From Planctomycetota bacterium (GTDB taxonomy: Bacteria > Planctomycetota > UBA1135), in the NCBI GenBank assembly GCA_045047305.1, contig JASFYO010000008.1:1-35217 (forward strand): DNA of 35,217 bases. The letters are read 5' to 3'. The position numbers and the translations under genes were made by a program. Below the pieces are notes generated by a model, which was not told the DNA's origin, ran no database searches, and saw only the letters and a list, made by a program, of their open reading frames with translations. Shown piece after piece: positions 20,652 through 29,283 of this stretch (the stretch's first letter is position 1; every line of letters begins with the position of its first letter).

Positions 20652-20999
20652 ATGAACAGACAGTCCATAATTGCCCTGTTGCCTTGGTTTGCCTTGGGTG
20701 CATGCGCCCAGCCGCAAAACTCTGGCACACAGGCTAATACTGCGCCTGAAGAGGTCGTGGTGATGCAAGCTGAGGAGGCGATGGTGCAAACCGTCAACCT
20801 CAGCGTGACTGGCATGACCTGAGGCATTGCCTGAGTGGGCAAGATAAACTCGGCGCTCGCCGCTCTACCGTGGGTAGAGGAAAGCTCAGTAGATTTCAAA
20901 AATAAAATGGCTACCGTAATCGTCAGATCTGACGACTACGATGAAGCCGCAACCATCGCAGCGATTGAAGCGCTGGACTTTGGAGTATCGGTTCTCTAA
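20652..20999 (+). CDS. HMA-domain lipoprotein with two in-frame UGA codons at the Cys positions (candidate selenoprotein, UxxxU)
   Basis: Manual translation (115 aa): MNRQSIIALLPWFALGAC AQPQNSGTQANTAPEEVVVMQAEEAMVQTVNLSVTGMT-U-GIA-U-VGKINSALAALPWVEESSVDFKNKMATVIVRSDDYDEAATIAAIEALDFGVSVL. TGA at 20820-20822 and 20832-20834, TAA stop; lipobox LGAC. Confidence 0.85.
20851..20879 (+). promoter_or_regulatory. Candidate bacterial SECIS-like hairpins
   Basis: CGGC-GCTC-GCCG (20851-20862) and perfect 7-bp CTCTACC-GTG-GGTAGAG (20863-20879), both with loops starting in G, downstream of the two UGAs. Confidence 0.4.
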
Positions 21000-21016
21000 G
21001 AGAATCCAATCGGACT

Positions 21017-21047
21017 AGGTCACGGCTGAAATGCTGTGGCCTTTTTT
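21017..21047 (+). terminator. Intrinsic terminator of the HMA gene
   Basis: AGGTCACGGC-TGAAAT-GCTGTGGCCT stem (with G-U pairs) followed by a T run, 17 nt after the TAA. Confidence 0.8.
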
Positions 21048-21088
21048 AATGTACTTATGCCAAAGCCTTTAGGACAGTTCGTGCCGGG

Positions 21089-21108
21089 TTATTAACAGCT
21101 TATCCACA
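21089..21108 (+). promoter_or_regulatory. Tandem DnaA-box-like sites
   Basis: Perfect TTATCCACA (21100-21108) preceded by TTATTAACA (21089-21097); TATAAT at 21115-21120. Confidence 0.35.
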
Positions 21109-21269
21109 ACGCTCTATAATTCAGATGACTCCATAAAGAGAAGCCTATGACGCAGCCTAAGCGAACAGGAGACCTCGACTTCGTTCGCCAAGCGGTGCCC
21201 ATGGGGAAACCATCAGTCTCACCTTCAGCGCCTTTGCCAAGGAACCCGTGGTAACGCTTATCATCCATC

Positions 21270-22577
21270 ATGCTGTTCACCCTAACTCTCAGTCTTGCGC
21301 TTCCCCTTATGGGGCTCTGCCCTCCACAAACGCAAGAAGCACTGCCCGCAGGTGATGCGACGCGAATCGAAGCTGACATTCGTACCCTCGCTGGATTTGG
21401 AACCCGCAACACCTTATCCGACACCAAAAGCAAAACACGCGGCATTGGCGCGGCGCGGCGGTGGTTAAAGCAGGAAATGGAAAGCATTTCCAAGCAGTAT
21501 CACGGGGGACGCCTGGAAGTGCGGTTGCAACATTTTGAAATCAAGCCAGGGCGTCGGATTGCGCGCAAGGTGGATTTAGCGAACGTCGTGGGAGTGCTAC
21601 CTGGAACCGACCCGAATCGCCTTATTGTGCTATCTGGGCACTATGATTCTATGCCAAGCTCACCCACCGATGGCAAGAGTGATGCACCTGGAGCAAACGA
21701 TGATGCAAGTGGCACCGCGGCGGTTCTAGAAGCGGCAAGACTGCTTGGCGGATTGCGCCCTCGTGCAACCATTGTATTTCTTGCCGTCGCAGGTGAGGAG
21801 CAAGGACTTTATGGCAGCACGCGGCAAGCAGAATGGTGGAAGGAGGAAGGTAAGGAAATTGAGGCCATGTTCACCATGGACATTGTTGGGGGTGTGGTTG
21901 GCTCCTCGGGCAAGCAAGAGCCACATCGTCTGCGCGTGTTCAGCGAAGGAGTTCCCACCACGGGTCCGAAAATTGTAGGCAGCGATAACGATGCACCATC
22001 ACGTCAACTCGCGCGTTATCTCAAACGTACCGCAGCGCTTTCTTTGCCCGATTTCGAGCTCACCTTGGTGTTCCGCCAAGACCGCTATCTGCGTGGCGGT
22101 GACCACCGCCCCTTCAATGATTTAGGTTGGGCCGCCATCCGACTTACCGAACCGCACGAAAACTATCACTGGCAACACCAAGATGTGCGCGAGGAAAATG
22201 GCATTGCCTATGGCGACGTCCCCGACAACGTTGATTTCGCTTACACCGGACGGGTTGCCACCTGTGTTGCTAGTGCAGTCCGCGAGCTCGGTCTGGCCCC
22301 AGCATCTCCCAAGAAGGTCCGCGTCGACATCTCTCGTCTCACCCCACACACCACTCTGCGCTGGGAGCCGAATACGGAAAAGGACCTCGCTGGTTATGCC
22401 ATTCTGATCCGCCGCACGCATGAGCCGCTTTGGACGGAACGCATCGAGGTGAAGGAAGGGCACGAAATGACGCTGAAAGGCTATAGCAAGGATGATTTCC
22501 TCTTTGCTGTGGAAGCCGTCGACAAAAATGGGAACCGCAGCCTTCCGCTCTATCCTTACCCTAGCCGGGGAAACTAA
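21270..22577 (+). CDS. M28 family metallopeptidase with C-terminal FN3-like domain
   Basis: Signal peptide; SGHYDS, PGANDDASG, AGEEQGL, DIVG, GGDHRPF and QHQD. Confidence 0.92.
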   Translation: MLFTLTLSLALPLMGLCPPQTQEALPAGDATRIEADIRTLAGFGTRNTLSDTKSKTRGIGAARRWLKQEMESISKQYHGGRLEVRLQHFEIKPGRRIARKVDLANVVGVLPGTDPNRLIVLSGHYDSMPSSPTDGKSDAPGANDDASGTAAVLEAARLLGGLRPRATIVFLAVAGEEQGLYGSTRQAEWWKEEGKEIEAMFTMDIVGGVVGSSGKQEPHRLRVFSEGVPTTGPKIVGSDNDAPSRQLARYLKRTAALSLPDFELTLVFRQDRYLRGGDHRPFNDLGWAAIRLTEPHENYHWQHQDVREENGIAYGDVPDNVDFAYTGRVATCVASAVRELGLAPASPKKVRVDISRLTPHTTLRWEPNTEKDLAGYAILIRRTHEPLWTERIEVKEGHEMTLKGYSKDDFLFAVEAVDKNGNRSLPLYPYPSRGN

Positions 22578-22587
22578 ACTCATCAGC

Positions 22588-23169
22588 ATGCGTCGTCTGT
22601 TGCCCCTTGCATTGCTGCTCCCCTTCGCTTCTTGCGTAACTCCAGCATTGCCGCCTGAAGCCCCCGCAGATCCGGTGAAGGTTTACTTGCTCCTTGAAGG
22701 TGAGCACGCAGGCCTGTTGCTTCCGGACGGGTCTGATTCTTGGATTGAATATAGCTATGGCGATTACGGTTGGGTTGTCATGGGCCGCGATACCCCTTGC
22801 TACGCGAGCTTTGCATTATTCACCGAGACCGATGGCGCGTTGGGCAGGCGGAGCTTTCAGGGCCATCCGGCCGCCGACTCCTTCAGCTTATCGCGCGGTA
22901 CACGCTTTCAGCCGTTTCTGGTGGAGCGTCGCAAGGCCGACGCCCTACGTCTTCAGCTCGATACCGAGTTTTCGCGCAACCAAGAAGAACCATTCTTCAA
23001 TCAAGGCTTTGGCCTCAACTATGTGCACGCCACGCACAACTACCACCTTTTCCACCACTGCGCCCACGCCACCATTGAATGGCTGCAAGCACTGGGCTGC
23101 GACGTCTCGTCTTCCGGCATCATCCGCAGCGTAGAAATGCGCGGGATTGACCCTGAGTATGCGCCTTAG
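22588..23169 (+). CDS. DUF2459-like lipoprotein
   Basis: Lipobox FASC; HAGLLLP, EYSYGD and YHLFHHC..W. Confidence 0.6.
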   Translation: MRRLLPLALLLPFASCVTPALPPEAPADPVKVYLLLEGEHAGLLLPDGSDSWIEYSYGDYGWVVMGRDTPCYASFALFTETDGALGRRSFQGHPAADSFSLSRGTRFQPFLVERRKADALRLQLDTEFSRNQEEPFFNQGFGLNYVHATHNYHLFHHCAHATIEWLQALGCDVSSSGIIRSVEMRGIDPEYAP

Positions 23170-23179
23170 GCTTGAGGCC

Positions 23180-23905
23180 TTAACGTAGCTCCAACTCGTG
23201 GTAGACGGACAGGAAGTCTTCCCCAGCAGCCACCCGCTCGAACAACTGCAGCACACCTTGCTGCCCTACCAAGCGATACCAGCGACGGACTTCCAGCTTC
23301 GCGAACACCAGATGGCTCTCTCCCTCGGGCCCCAAGAACCAATCGGCCTGCTCCATCGTTGCGAAGGAAGGGATTTCTATACCTGCTGCTTCTTGAGCAT
23401 CGAGGGTGGCATCGGAAAGGAACTTGCGCTGATCTAGCAAGGTGCAAAGCCCTTCATCGAACCATGCTGGAAGCTGCGCAAAAACCTCCTCGCCTAAGCG
23501 CTGCTTCACTTCGGCATGGGCATAGGCGTGCGCCATGACATCGGGATGGTTACCGCGTGGCGCAATGACGATCAAGATATCCGAGAAGTGAAAGTAGCTC
23601 GAAGCAAAGGGGTTGCCCACCGACAAGCGATCCTTGAGTTCTTTATGGTCGGCATAAGCCACCATCGGATGCGCACGACGTGATCCAAAAAAGTCGTCCG
23701 CCGCCTTTTGAGCAACTCCGAGATTACGCAGAAAAGCAAGTGCTTGGGGCTCAGCTAAATCGGTGCCGAAGAAGATTTGCGGCTCCCTCTCTTCCATCTG
23801 CATTTGCATTACAAAGCTGCGCCGAAAGGCAACAGGGTCACGAAACGCAAAGACTGTAAACCCGATAAGGGCAAGTGAAGCAAGAAGAAGAGCGGTTTTG
23901 CGCAT
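23180..23905 (-). CDS. Exported gluzincin/peptidase MA-like protein with degenerate HExxH (HAYAH)
   Basis: N-terminal signal/TM; VMAHAYAHAE followed by LPAWFDEGL. Confidence 0.6.
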   Translation of the reverse strand: MRKTALLLASLALIGFTVFAFRDPVAFRRSFVMQMQMEEREPQIFFGTDLAEPQALAFLRNLGVAQKAADDFFGSRRAHPMVAYADHKELKDRLSVGNPFASSYFHFSDILIVIAPRGNHPDVMAHAYAHAEVKQRLGEEVFAQLPAWFDEGLCTLLDQRKFLSDATLDAQEAAGIEIPSFATMEQADWFLGPEGESHLVFAKLEVRRWYRLVGQQGVLQLFERVAAGEDFLSVYHELELR

Positions 23906-23925
23906 CCTGCGCTTTGCGGCAACGG

Positions 23926-24288
23926 CTAAGAGACCAGCAAGGTCTCAACGGAATCGACTAGCTCTTCCCGCGTGAATGGCTTAAGCAAGGTAGCACCCGC
24001 ACCAAGCATTCTAGCTGCACGCAAGTAGAACTCTGCTCCCACTACACCTGACATCGCAATGATGCCGATCTCTGGATAGAGCTTGCGCAATTCCATGACC
24101 GTTTCGGCACCTTCCTTTTCTGGCATGACCAAGTCAGTCAACACCAAATCACAACGCGTAGTCTGGAGTACATCCAATGCCTCAAAGCCGTTGCCAGCTT
24201 CAACGGTTTCGTAGCCAGCATCTTCTAAGAAAGCGCACGCAACCCGGCGCACATCTTCTTCATCATCGACAACAAGAATTCTTTTCAT
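23926..24288 (-). CDS. Single-domain response regulator
   Basis: ILVVDDEE, DLVLTDLVMP..G, IIAMSG and KPF. Confidence 0.92.
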   Translation of the reverse strand: MKRILVVDDEEDVRRVACAFLEDAGYETVEAGNGFEALDVLQTTRCDLVLTDLVMPEKEGAETVMELRKLYPEIGIIAMSGVVGAEFYLRAARMLGAGATLLKPFTREELVDSVETLLVS

Positions 24289-24341
24289 CTTAGGCCCGAG
24301 GGGAGGGACAGGCATTGGCACCCAAGAGGGCGCTTACCCGA

Positions 24342-25061
24342 TTATCCACCAATTGCATCCGATATGTCAAACCCAGATTGAAAGACTTTTGCAGGAACTC
24401 CAGGTTTAAAAAGAGTTGCGCAACCATATTTTAGTTGAATGCGCCCGTCCTCGTTGCGTAGGAAGGCTCCTTCATCCAATCCAACTACTGGAGCGGCGTT
24501 CATTTCATGGAATTCGCGGATACGATCTTCACGCGTTTCGCCAAAATGTTCGGCCATACCAGAGCTATTCTTAGTCCAAATCTGGCCGGCATAGTAATGC
24601 GCATTGACCTGATACGGCACGAGACCAAAACCTTCAAAGGATGTGGGATACACGATAGGCATATCATTTGTGGTCATCATGGTGGGGCAAGCAACGTTAG
24701 TCCCAGCACTAACCCCCATGTAAGGCAAACCGGTGGCGACCAACTTCCGCATCGGCTCCAGTAATTTTTGCTGATGAATCTCGTGAATTAGCCGGAAAGA
24801 ATTTCCACCCCCTACATACACGGCCTCGGCTTGCTCCAATGCTTGCTTTGCATCGGGAAGCTGATGGATGCCCACCAATTCATAACCGCCACCGAAGCCA
24901 TGCATGTTCATGGCCTCTAGGTAGGCCTCGTAATCATGGAGCGCATAGGGGATAAATAGAATCTTCGAAACCGAAGGGCCGAAAAAATCCTGCATTTCAC
25001 TGCGGAGATTTTCACGTCTTTCGTCCGATCGAAACCCACCACTGCCAAGGAGAACACGCAT
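24342..25061 (-). CDS. pepE: Dipeptidase E (peptidase S51)
   Basis: LFIPYA, VGGGNSF, GVSAG, TTNDMPI, NAHY and GETREDRIREFH. Confidence 0.93.
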   Translation of the reverse strand: MRVLLGSGGFRSDERRENLRSEMQDFFGPSVSKILFIPYALHDYEAYLEAMNMHGFGGGYELVGIHQLPDAKQALEQAEAVYVGGGNSFRLIHEIHQQKLLEPMRKLVATGLPYMGVSAGTNVACPTMMTTNDMPIVYPTSFEGFGLVPYQVNAHYYAGQIWTKNSSGMAEHFGETREDRIREFHEMNAAPVVGLDEGAFLRNEDGRIQLKYGCATLFKPGVPAKVFQSGFDISDAIGG

Positions 25062-25097
25062 TAGCAAAGAATACGCCCACACTGCTAGACTGCAAAC

Positions 25098-25526
25098 ATG
25101 AAAGACTGGCTGTTGCTGTTACTGCGGATTGCGACCGGCGTCGGCTTGGCGTACTGGGTAGGCCACGACAAGGTGTTTGATCCGGATGCACGCGAAAATT
25201 ATGCCCGCCTCCTGCAAGACGCCGGAATCCCTGCGGCTGGCATCCTCACCATCATGTTTGGTGTCGTTGAGTTTTTCGCTTCACTCTTTCTAGCCGCAGG
25301 ATTCTTTTTCCGTCAGGCAGCAGGCCTCTTGCTCCTTGCCTGCGCCGGAAGCTCTGCGATTCAGCTTCTTGCGTTCGACCAGTCTGCCTCCGTGCTGTTT
25401 ACTTATCGCGATTTGCACGGCCTCGGCACTGGCTACTACATAGTTGCCTTACTTTTAATGCTCGTCCTTGGCGCTGGCCGCATTTCCTTTGATGCGGGCC
25501 GTCGGACGATGCAGGAAGCAGAGTAA
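25098..25526 (+). CDS. DoxX family membrane protein
   Basis: LLLRI..G..K, VEF..L.AG...R.A and GAGRISFD. Confidence 0.8.
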   Translation: MKDWLLLLLRIATGVGLAYWVGHDKVFDPDARENYARLLQDAGIPAAGILTIMFGVVEFFASLFLAAGFFFRQAAGLLLLACAGSSAIQLLAFDQSASVLFTYRDLHGLGTGYYIVALLLMLVLGAGRISFDAGRRTMQEAE

Positions 25527-25547
25527 GTCCCTGCGCAAATCAGGGTT

Positions 25548-27020
25548 TCACTCCACGACTTCCATCGTCACGTTGGAAACTTGGCCATTCTGGATGGCCT
25601 GTAACCAAATTGCGCGATCAAAAAGCACACCAGGCAGCACCACAGGGAAATCTGCGACGCCCGCACTGTCGGATGTGGTGATCCCTGCCAAGGCTGGATT
25701 ATCCAAGAGCACGGTGACGCCAAGTTGCGCGACGGTAAACATGCCGACCCCGCTCATGCTGTAAGCGAGAAAAACGGTAGAGCTTGGGGTGCAGCGTTCC
25801 ACCACCATGGTGTCGGAAATGCCAGTGAACAGATGCGGCACCTTGAGGTACATCCCAGCGGGCACCACCTTACGCAGGGTGCGGCCGAAACATATATAGA
25901 CCTCGCCATCGAAGTCGGTGCCAATCGAACGACCAGAACCTTGCACCCCGCTCTCTGCCGAGTGGTCAGTGAAATCTGTCACCCCGTTGGTGGGGTCATA
26001 ACGGAAAGACCACAACTCCAAGCTGCAGGCATCAGAGAACATAAAACGCCCGTCCATGTTGGCCATGCTGCGCCCACGATACATCGCGCCGCCGATGATG
26101 CAGCAACGCAATGGGTTGAGATTATGCGCGTATTCATAAATGGGAAGTTCCAAGCCATTCATGTTGCAACCCACACTCGGATTGAAGCAATGCCCGCCTT
26201 CGAGAATGCGCCAACCATAATTTTCCCCACCAGGAGAATTGCCCGGCTGAAAGTGCACATACTCCCACTCGTTCTGGCCGACGTCGGCAATGTACAGGTC
26301 ACGAGTCAGGCGATCGAAAGTGAATCGCCAGGGATTACGTAGGCCGGTAGCCCAGATCTCGTCCAGAGTATTCGGGTCTCCGACGAATGGATTCGACGCG
26401 GGAATGGAATATGGTAATCCGTTGTCGACATCTAAGCGCAGAATCTTGCCGAGAAAGCTCTGAGGGTCCTGCGCAAAGTTTCCAGGGTCGCCCGTATTCC
26501 CGCCATCGCCAAGTCCGATGTAAAGAAATCCGTCTGGGCCAAACCGAATGCACCCACCGTTGTGATTTCCGAAAGGCTGGACCTGGCTGAATATATTCAC
26601 TCCAGAGGAGGCGTCGGCAAGGTCTGGGTTCGCCGATACGGTGTAGCGATCGACCCGCGTATCTCCCGCCAAGTCGGTGTAATTGAGATAGAACCAACCG
26701 TTGGTGGCGTAATCTGGATGAAAGGTCACCCCCAACAGACCTTGCTCTCCTGAAGGAATCGTCAGGTTAGAGACATCAAGAAATGGAGTGGTGAAGCGCA
26801 CTCCGTCTTTTAACAGCCAAATGCGGCCCTCCTTCTCAGCAATAAAGATGCGCTCACGATCCTCTGGCGCAAAAGTGACATCTAAGACTTGGCCCATGTT
26901 GAAGGCCACAATCTCACTGTCGAGTGGGACTTGCTCTGCGGCAAAGACTTGGCCACCAGAACAAGCAAGCAGCGTGACAAAAGCAAGACAGCAAAGGTGA
27001 GGCAAGGTATGGATTCTCAT
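25548..27020 (-). CDS. PQQ-dependent sugar dehydrogenase (GSDH family), paralog 1, with C-terminal extra domain
   Basis: GEQGLLG..FHPDY, NHNGG..FGPDG.LY..GDGG, GKILR, GLRNPWR, DVGQ and NYGW. Confidence 0.88.
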   Translation of the reverse strand: MRIHTLPHLCCLAFVTLLACSGGQVFAAEQVPLDSEIVAFNMGQVLDVTFAPEDRERIFIAEKEGRIWLLKDGVRFTTPFLDVSNLTIPSGEQGLLGVTFHPDYATNGWFYLNYTDLAGDTRVDRYTVSANPDLADASSGVNIFSQVQPFGNHNGGCIRFGPDGFLYIGLGDGGNTGDPGNFAQDPQSFLGKILRLDVDNGLPYSIPASNPFVGDPNTLDEIWATGLRNPWRFTFDRLTRDLYIADVGQNEWEYVHFQPGNSPGGENYGWRILEGGHCFNPSVGCNMNGLELPIYEYAHNLNPLRCCIIGGAMYRGRSMANMDGRFMFSDACSLELWSFRYDPTNGVTDFTDHSAESGVQGSGRSIGTDFDGEVYICFGRTLRKVVPAGMYLKVPHLFTGISDTMVVERCTPSSTVFLAYSMSGVGMFTVAQLGVTVLLDNPALAGITTSDSAGVADFPVVLPGVLFDRAIWLQAIQNGQVSNVTMEVVE

Positions 27021-27090
27021 CGTAGGTTGGTCAAAGAAAGGAGGCTGAACCGAAAATTCGGAACAGCCTCAAAATGCGCAGGCTGAACCT

Positions 27091-28557
27091 TTACTCCACT
27101 GTTTCTAAGGTCACATTTGAGACCTGACCATTTTGCACGGCCTCAAGCCAAACAGTGCGGCCGAACAAAGACCCTGGGGGCACGATGGGGAACAATGCCT
27201 TGCCACTCCCATTGGAAGTGGTGGTTGCAGCAAGTGCAGGGTTATCCAGCAACACATTCGCTCCAAGCCGCCCTACCGGGAACATGCCAACGCCGGAAAA
27301 GCTAAAGGCCAAAAACACCGTTTGGTTAGGGTTGCAGCGAACAACCTCAATTGTGTCTGCCACACCAGTGAATAGGTGCGGAACCTTCAAGTACATGCCA
27401 GCAGGCACGACACGGCGTACGGTGCCGCCAGCACAAATGTACAGTTCGCCATCGAAATCCGTGCCCAGCGAGGTACCAGAACCTTGGATGCCAGATTGGC
27501 TGGTGTGATCGGTGAAGTTGGTAACACCACCACTAACGCTGTAGCGGAATGACCACAACTCCTTGCTGCAGGAGTCGGTAAAAAAGTAACGCCCATGCAT
27601 GTTGGCCATGCTGCGACCGCGGTAAGTCTCCGAACCAAGGATGCTGCAGCGAAATGGGTTGAAGGTATGCCCATACTCGTAAATCGGGAGCTCCAAACCG
27701 GCCATATTACATCCAACGCTCGGGTTAAAGCAGTGGTTGCCTTCTATGATGCGCCAACCGTAGTTACGTCCGCCAGGGTCGCCCGCTGGCTCGAAGTGCA
27801 CATACTCCCAAGCGTTTTGGCCGACGTCGGCAATGTAAAGATCCCCGGTAGCGCGATCGAAGTTGAAGCGCCATGGGTTACGCAAACCGATTGCCCAAAT
27901 CTCATCGGCGGTGTTTGGGTCGGCTACGAATGGATTGGATGGTGGAATCGAATAAGGCAATCCATGATCAACATCGAGACGCAACATCTTACCGAGCAAG
28001 TTGGTGGGGTTTTGCGCGCGGTTGCCGGGGTCGCCGCCGCTTCCACCATCTCCGGTACCGATATAGAGGTAACCGTCAGGGCCGAAACGAACACAACCAC
28101 CGTTGTGATTGGAGAAAGGCTGCGCCAAGCTGAGCACATTGACCTGGGACGCGACGTCGGCCAAGTCTGGGTTCGCGGAAACCGTAAAACGATCGACGCG
28201 AGTGTCGCCAGCATTGTTGGTGTAGTTAATGTAGAACCAACCGTTGTTCTGATAGTCCGGGTGGAAGGCAAGGCCTAGCAGGCCGCGCTCACCACTGCCA
28301 TTGGTCTGCGCGGTGATATTCAAGAAAGGAGTCGTAAGTTTGACACCGTTCTTGATGAGGTAAATGCGACCGTTCTGGTCCAGCACGAATAAACGATCAC
28401 GATCGCCTGGGGCAAAGGTAACCAAAAGTGAGTTCCCCAAACCTGTAGCTACGACCTCGGTGTCGAGAGCCACTTGTGCTTGTGCAGCATTGGGAAGCAA
28501 AAACAAGCCTATGCTTAAGGCAAGGCTGGTAAGAAGGAAATGAGGTTTAGTTTTCAT
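27091..28557 (-). CDS. PQQ-dependent sugar dehydrogenase (GSDH family), paralog 2, with C-terminal extra domain
   Basis: Same motifs as paralog 1 (GERGLLG, NHNGG, GLRNPWR, NYGW); signal peptide from ATG 28557. Confidence 0.88.
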   Translation of the reverse strand: MKTKPHFLLTSLALSIGLFLLPNAAQAQVALDTEVVATGLGNSLLVTFAPGDRDRLFVLDQNGRIYLIKNGVKLTTPFLNITAQTNGSGERGLLGLAFHPDYQNNGWFYINYTNNAGDTRVDRFTVSANPDLADVASQVNVLSLAQPFSNHNGGCVRFGPDGYLYIGTGDGGSGGDPGNRAQNPTNLLGKMLRLDVDHGLPYSIPPSNPFVADPNTADEIWAIGLRNPWRFNFDRATGDLYIADVGQNAWEYVHFEPAGDPGGRNYGWRIIEGNHCFNPSVGCNMAGLELPIYEYGHTFNPFRCSILGSETYRGRSMANMHGRYFFTDSCSKELWSFRYSVSGGVTNFTDHTSQSGIQGSGTSLGTDFDGELYICAGGTVRRVVPAGMYLKVPHLFTGVADTIEVVRCNPNQTVFLAFSFSGVGMFPVGRLGANVLLDNPALAATTTSNGSGKALFPIVPPGSLFGRTVWLEAVQNGQVSNVTLETVE

Positions 28558-28738
28558 GTCTGGAGGAACGGGTTCATGCCCAATTCCTGAGGGTCCGAAG
28601 GTAAGACAGCTATGCCCTACATAGTTCCGTGAACACAAGAAGGCACACCCTAAATTACCCGATTTTTAGGGCTTTTTCGGTAAAAAACCGCGGGCTACGG
28701 GCATATTGGCCTAAGAACGAATGCCAAGACTCCGATTG

Positions 28739-29266
28739 ATGAAAACCGCCACCCTAATCCTGCTCTTTACAAGCCCCTTGGCTTGGTCTTGTGCTGCCAA
28801 GCAAAACACCCCGCCTGCAGCCACCTCCACCGTGGCTGCCATTGACCTAGCAGGCCCACCCACCGTCGACCACGATGGGCTGGTTCGCCTCAGCGAGGAC
28901 GAGTGGCGTCAGCGCCTGACCCCAGAACAATTCAAGGTCACCCGCAAGGCAGGAACCGAGCGCGCGTTCACCGGAGTTTACTGGGATGAGCATGCTGCCG
29001 GCACCTACACCTGTGTTGGCTGCGCGCTACCACTGTTCGATGCTGCTACCAAATTCAAGTCCGGCACTGGTTGGCCCAGCTTTTGGCAGCCTATTCAAGC
29101 CAACGCAGTGGATGAGGTCGAGGACAACGGTCTTTTTTCACGGCGTACCGAAATCCGCTGCAGCCGCTGTGAGGCTCACCTTGGGCACGTGTTCGCCGAT
29201 GGGCCCAAGCCCACTGGCTTGCGCTACTGCATGAATTCGGCCGCCCTACGCCTCGTGCAGCCCTAA
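28739..29266 (+). CDS. msrB: Peptide-methionine (R)-S-oxide reductase with lipoprotein signal
   Basis: GTERAF, CxxC, KFKSGTGWPSF, CxxC, HLGHVF.DGP and RYCMNS; lipobox AWSC. Confidence 0.95.
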   Translation: MKTATLILLFTSPLAWSCAAKQNTPPAATSTVAAIDLAGPPTVDHDGLVRLSEDEWRQRLTPEQFKVTRKAGTERAFTGVYWDEHAAGTYTCVGCALPLFDAATKFKSGTGWPSFWQPIQANAVDEVEDNGLFSRRTEIRCSRCEAHLGHVFADGPKPTGLRYCMNSAALRLVQP

Positions 29267-29283
29267 TCCATCGCTAGGAAACG

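Noticed and set aside
20820..20834. Genome-wide UGA reassignment (Trp or Gly) as the explanation for the in-frame TGAs
   Set aside because: TGA terminates ordinary genes here (627, 1792, 13214, 31626), long genes have no internal TGA, and the two TGAs occupy Cys positions.
20608..20899. ORF-track N-terminal extension of the class V enzyme (to 20730) and the 86-aa minus ORF 20639..20899
   Set aside because: Both are antisense shadows of the plus-strand HMA gene. Family similarity of the enzyme begins at MENPY (20607).
25725..28278. Similar-looking plus-strand ORFs 25725..26342 and 27595..28278
   Set aside because: They are antisense shadows of the duplicated GSDH genes, and their similarity follows from that duplication.
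29220..29240. Selenocysteine form of MsrB
   Set aside because: The catalytic residue is TGC (Cys) in RYCMNS.
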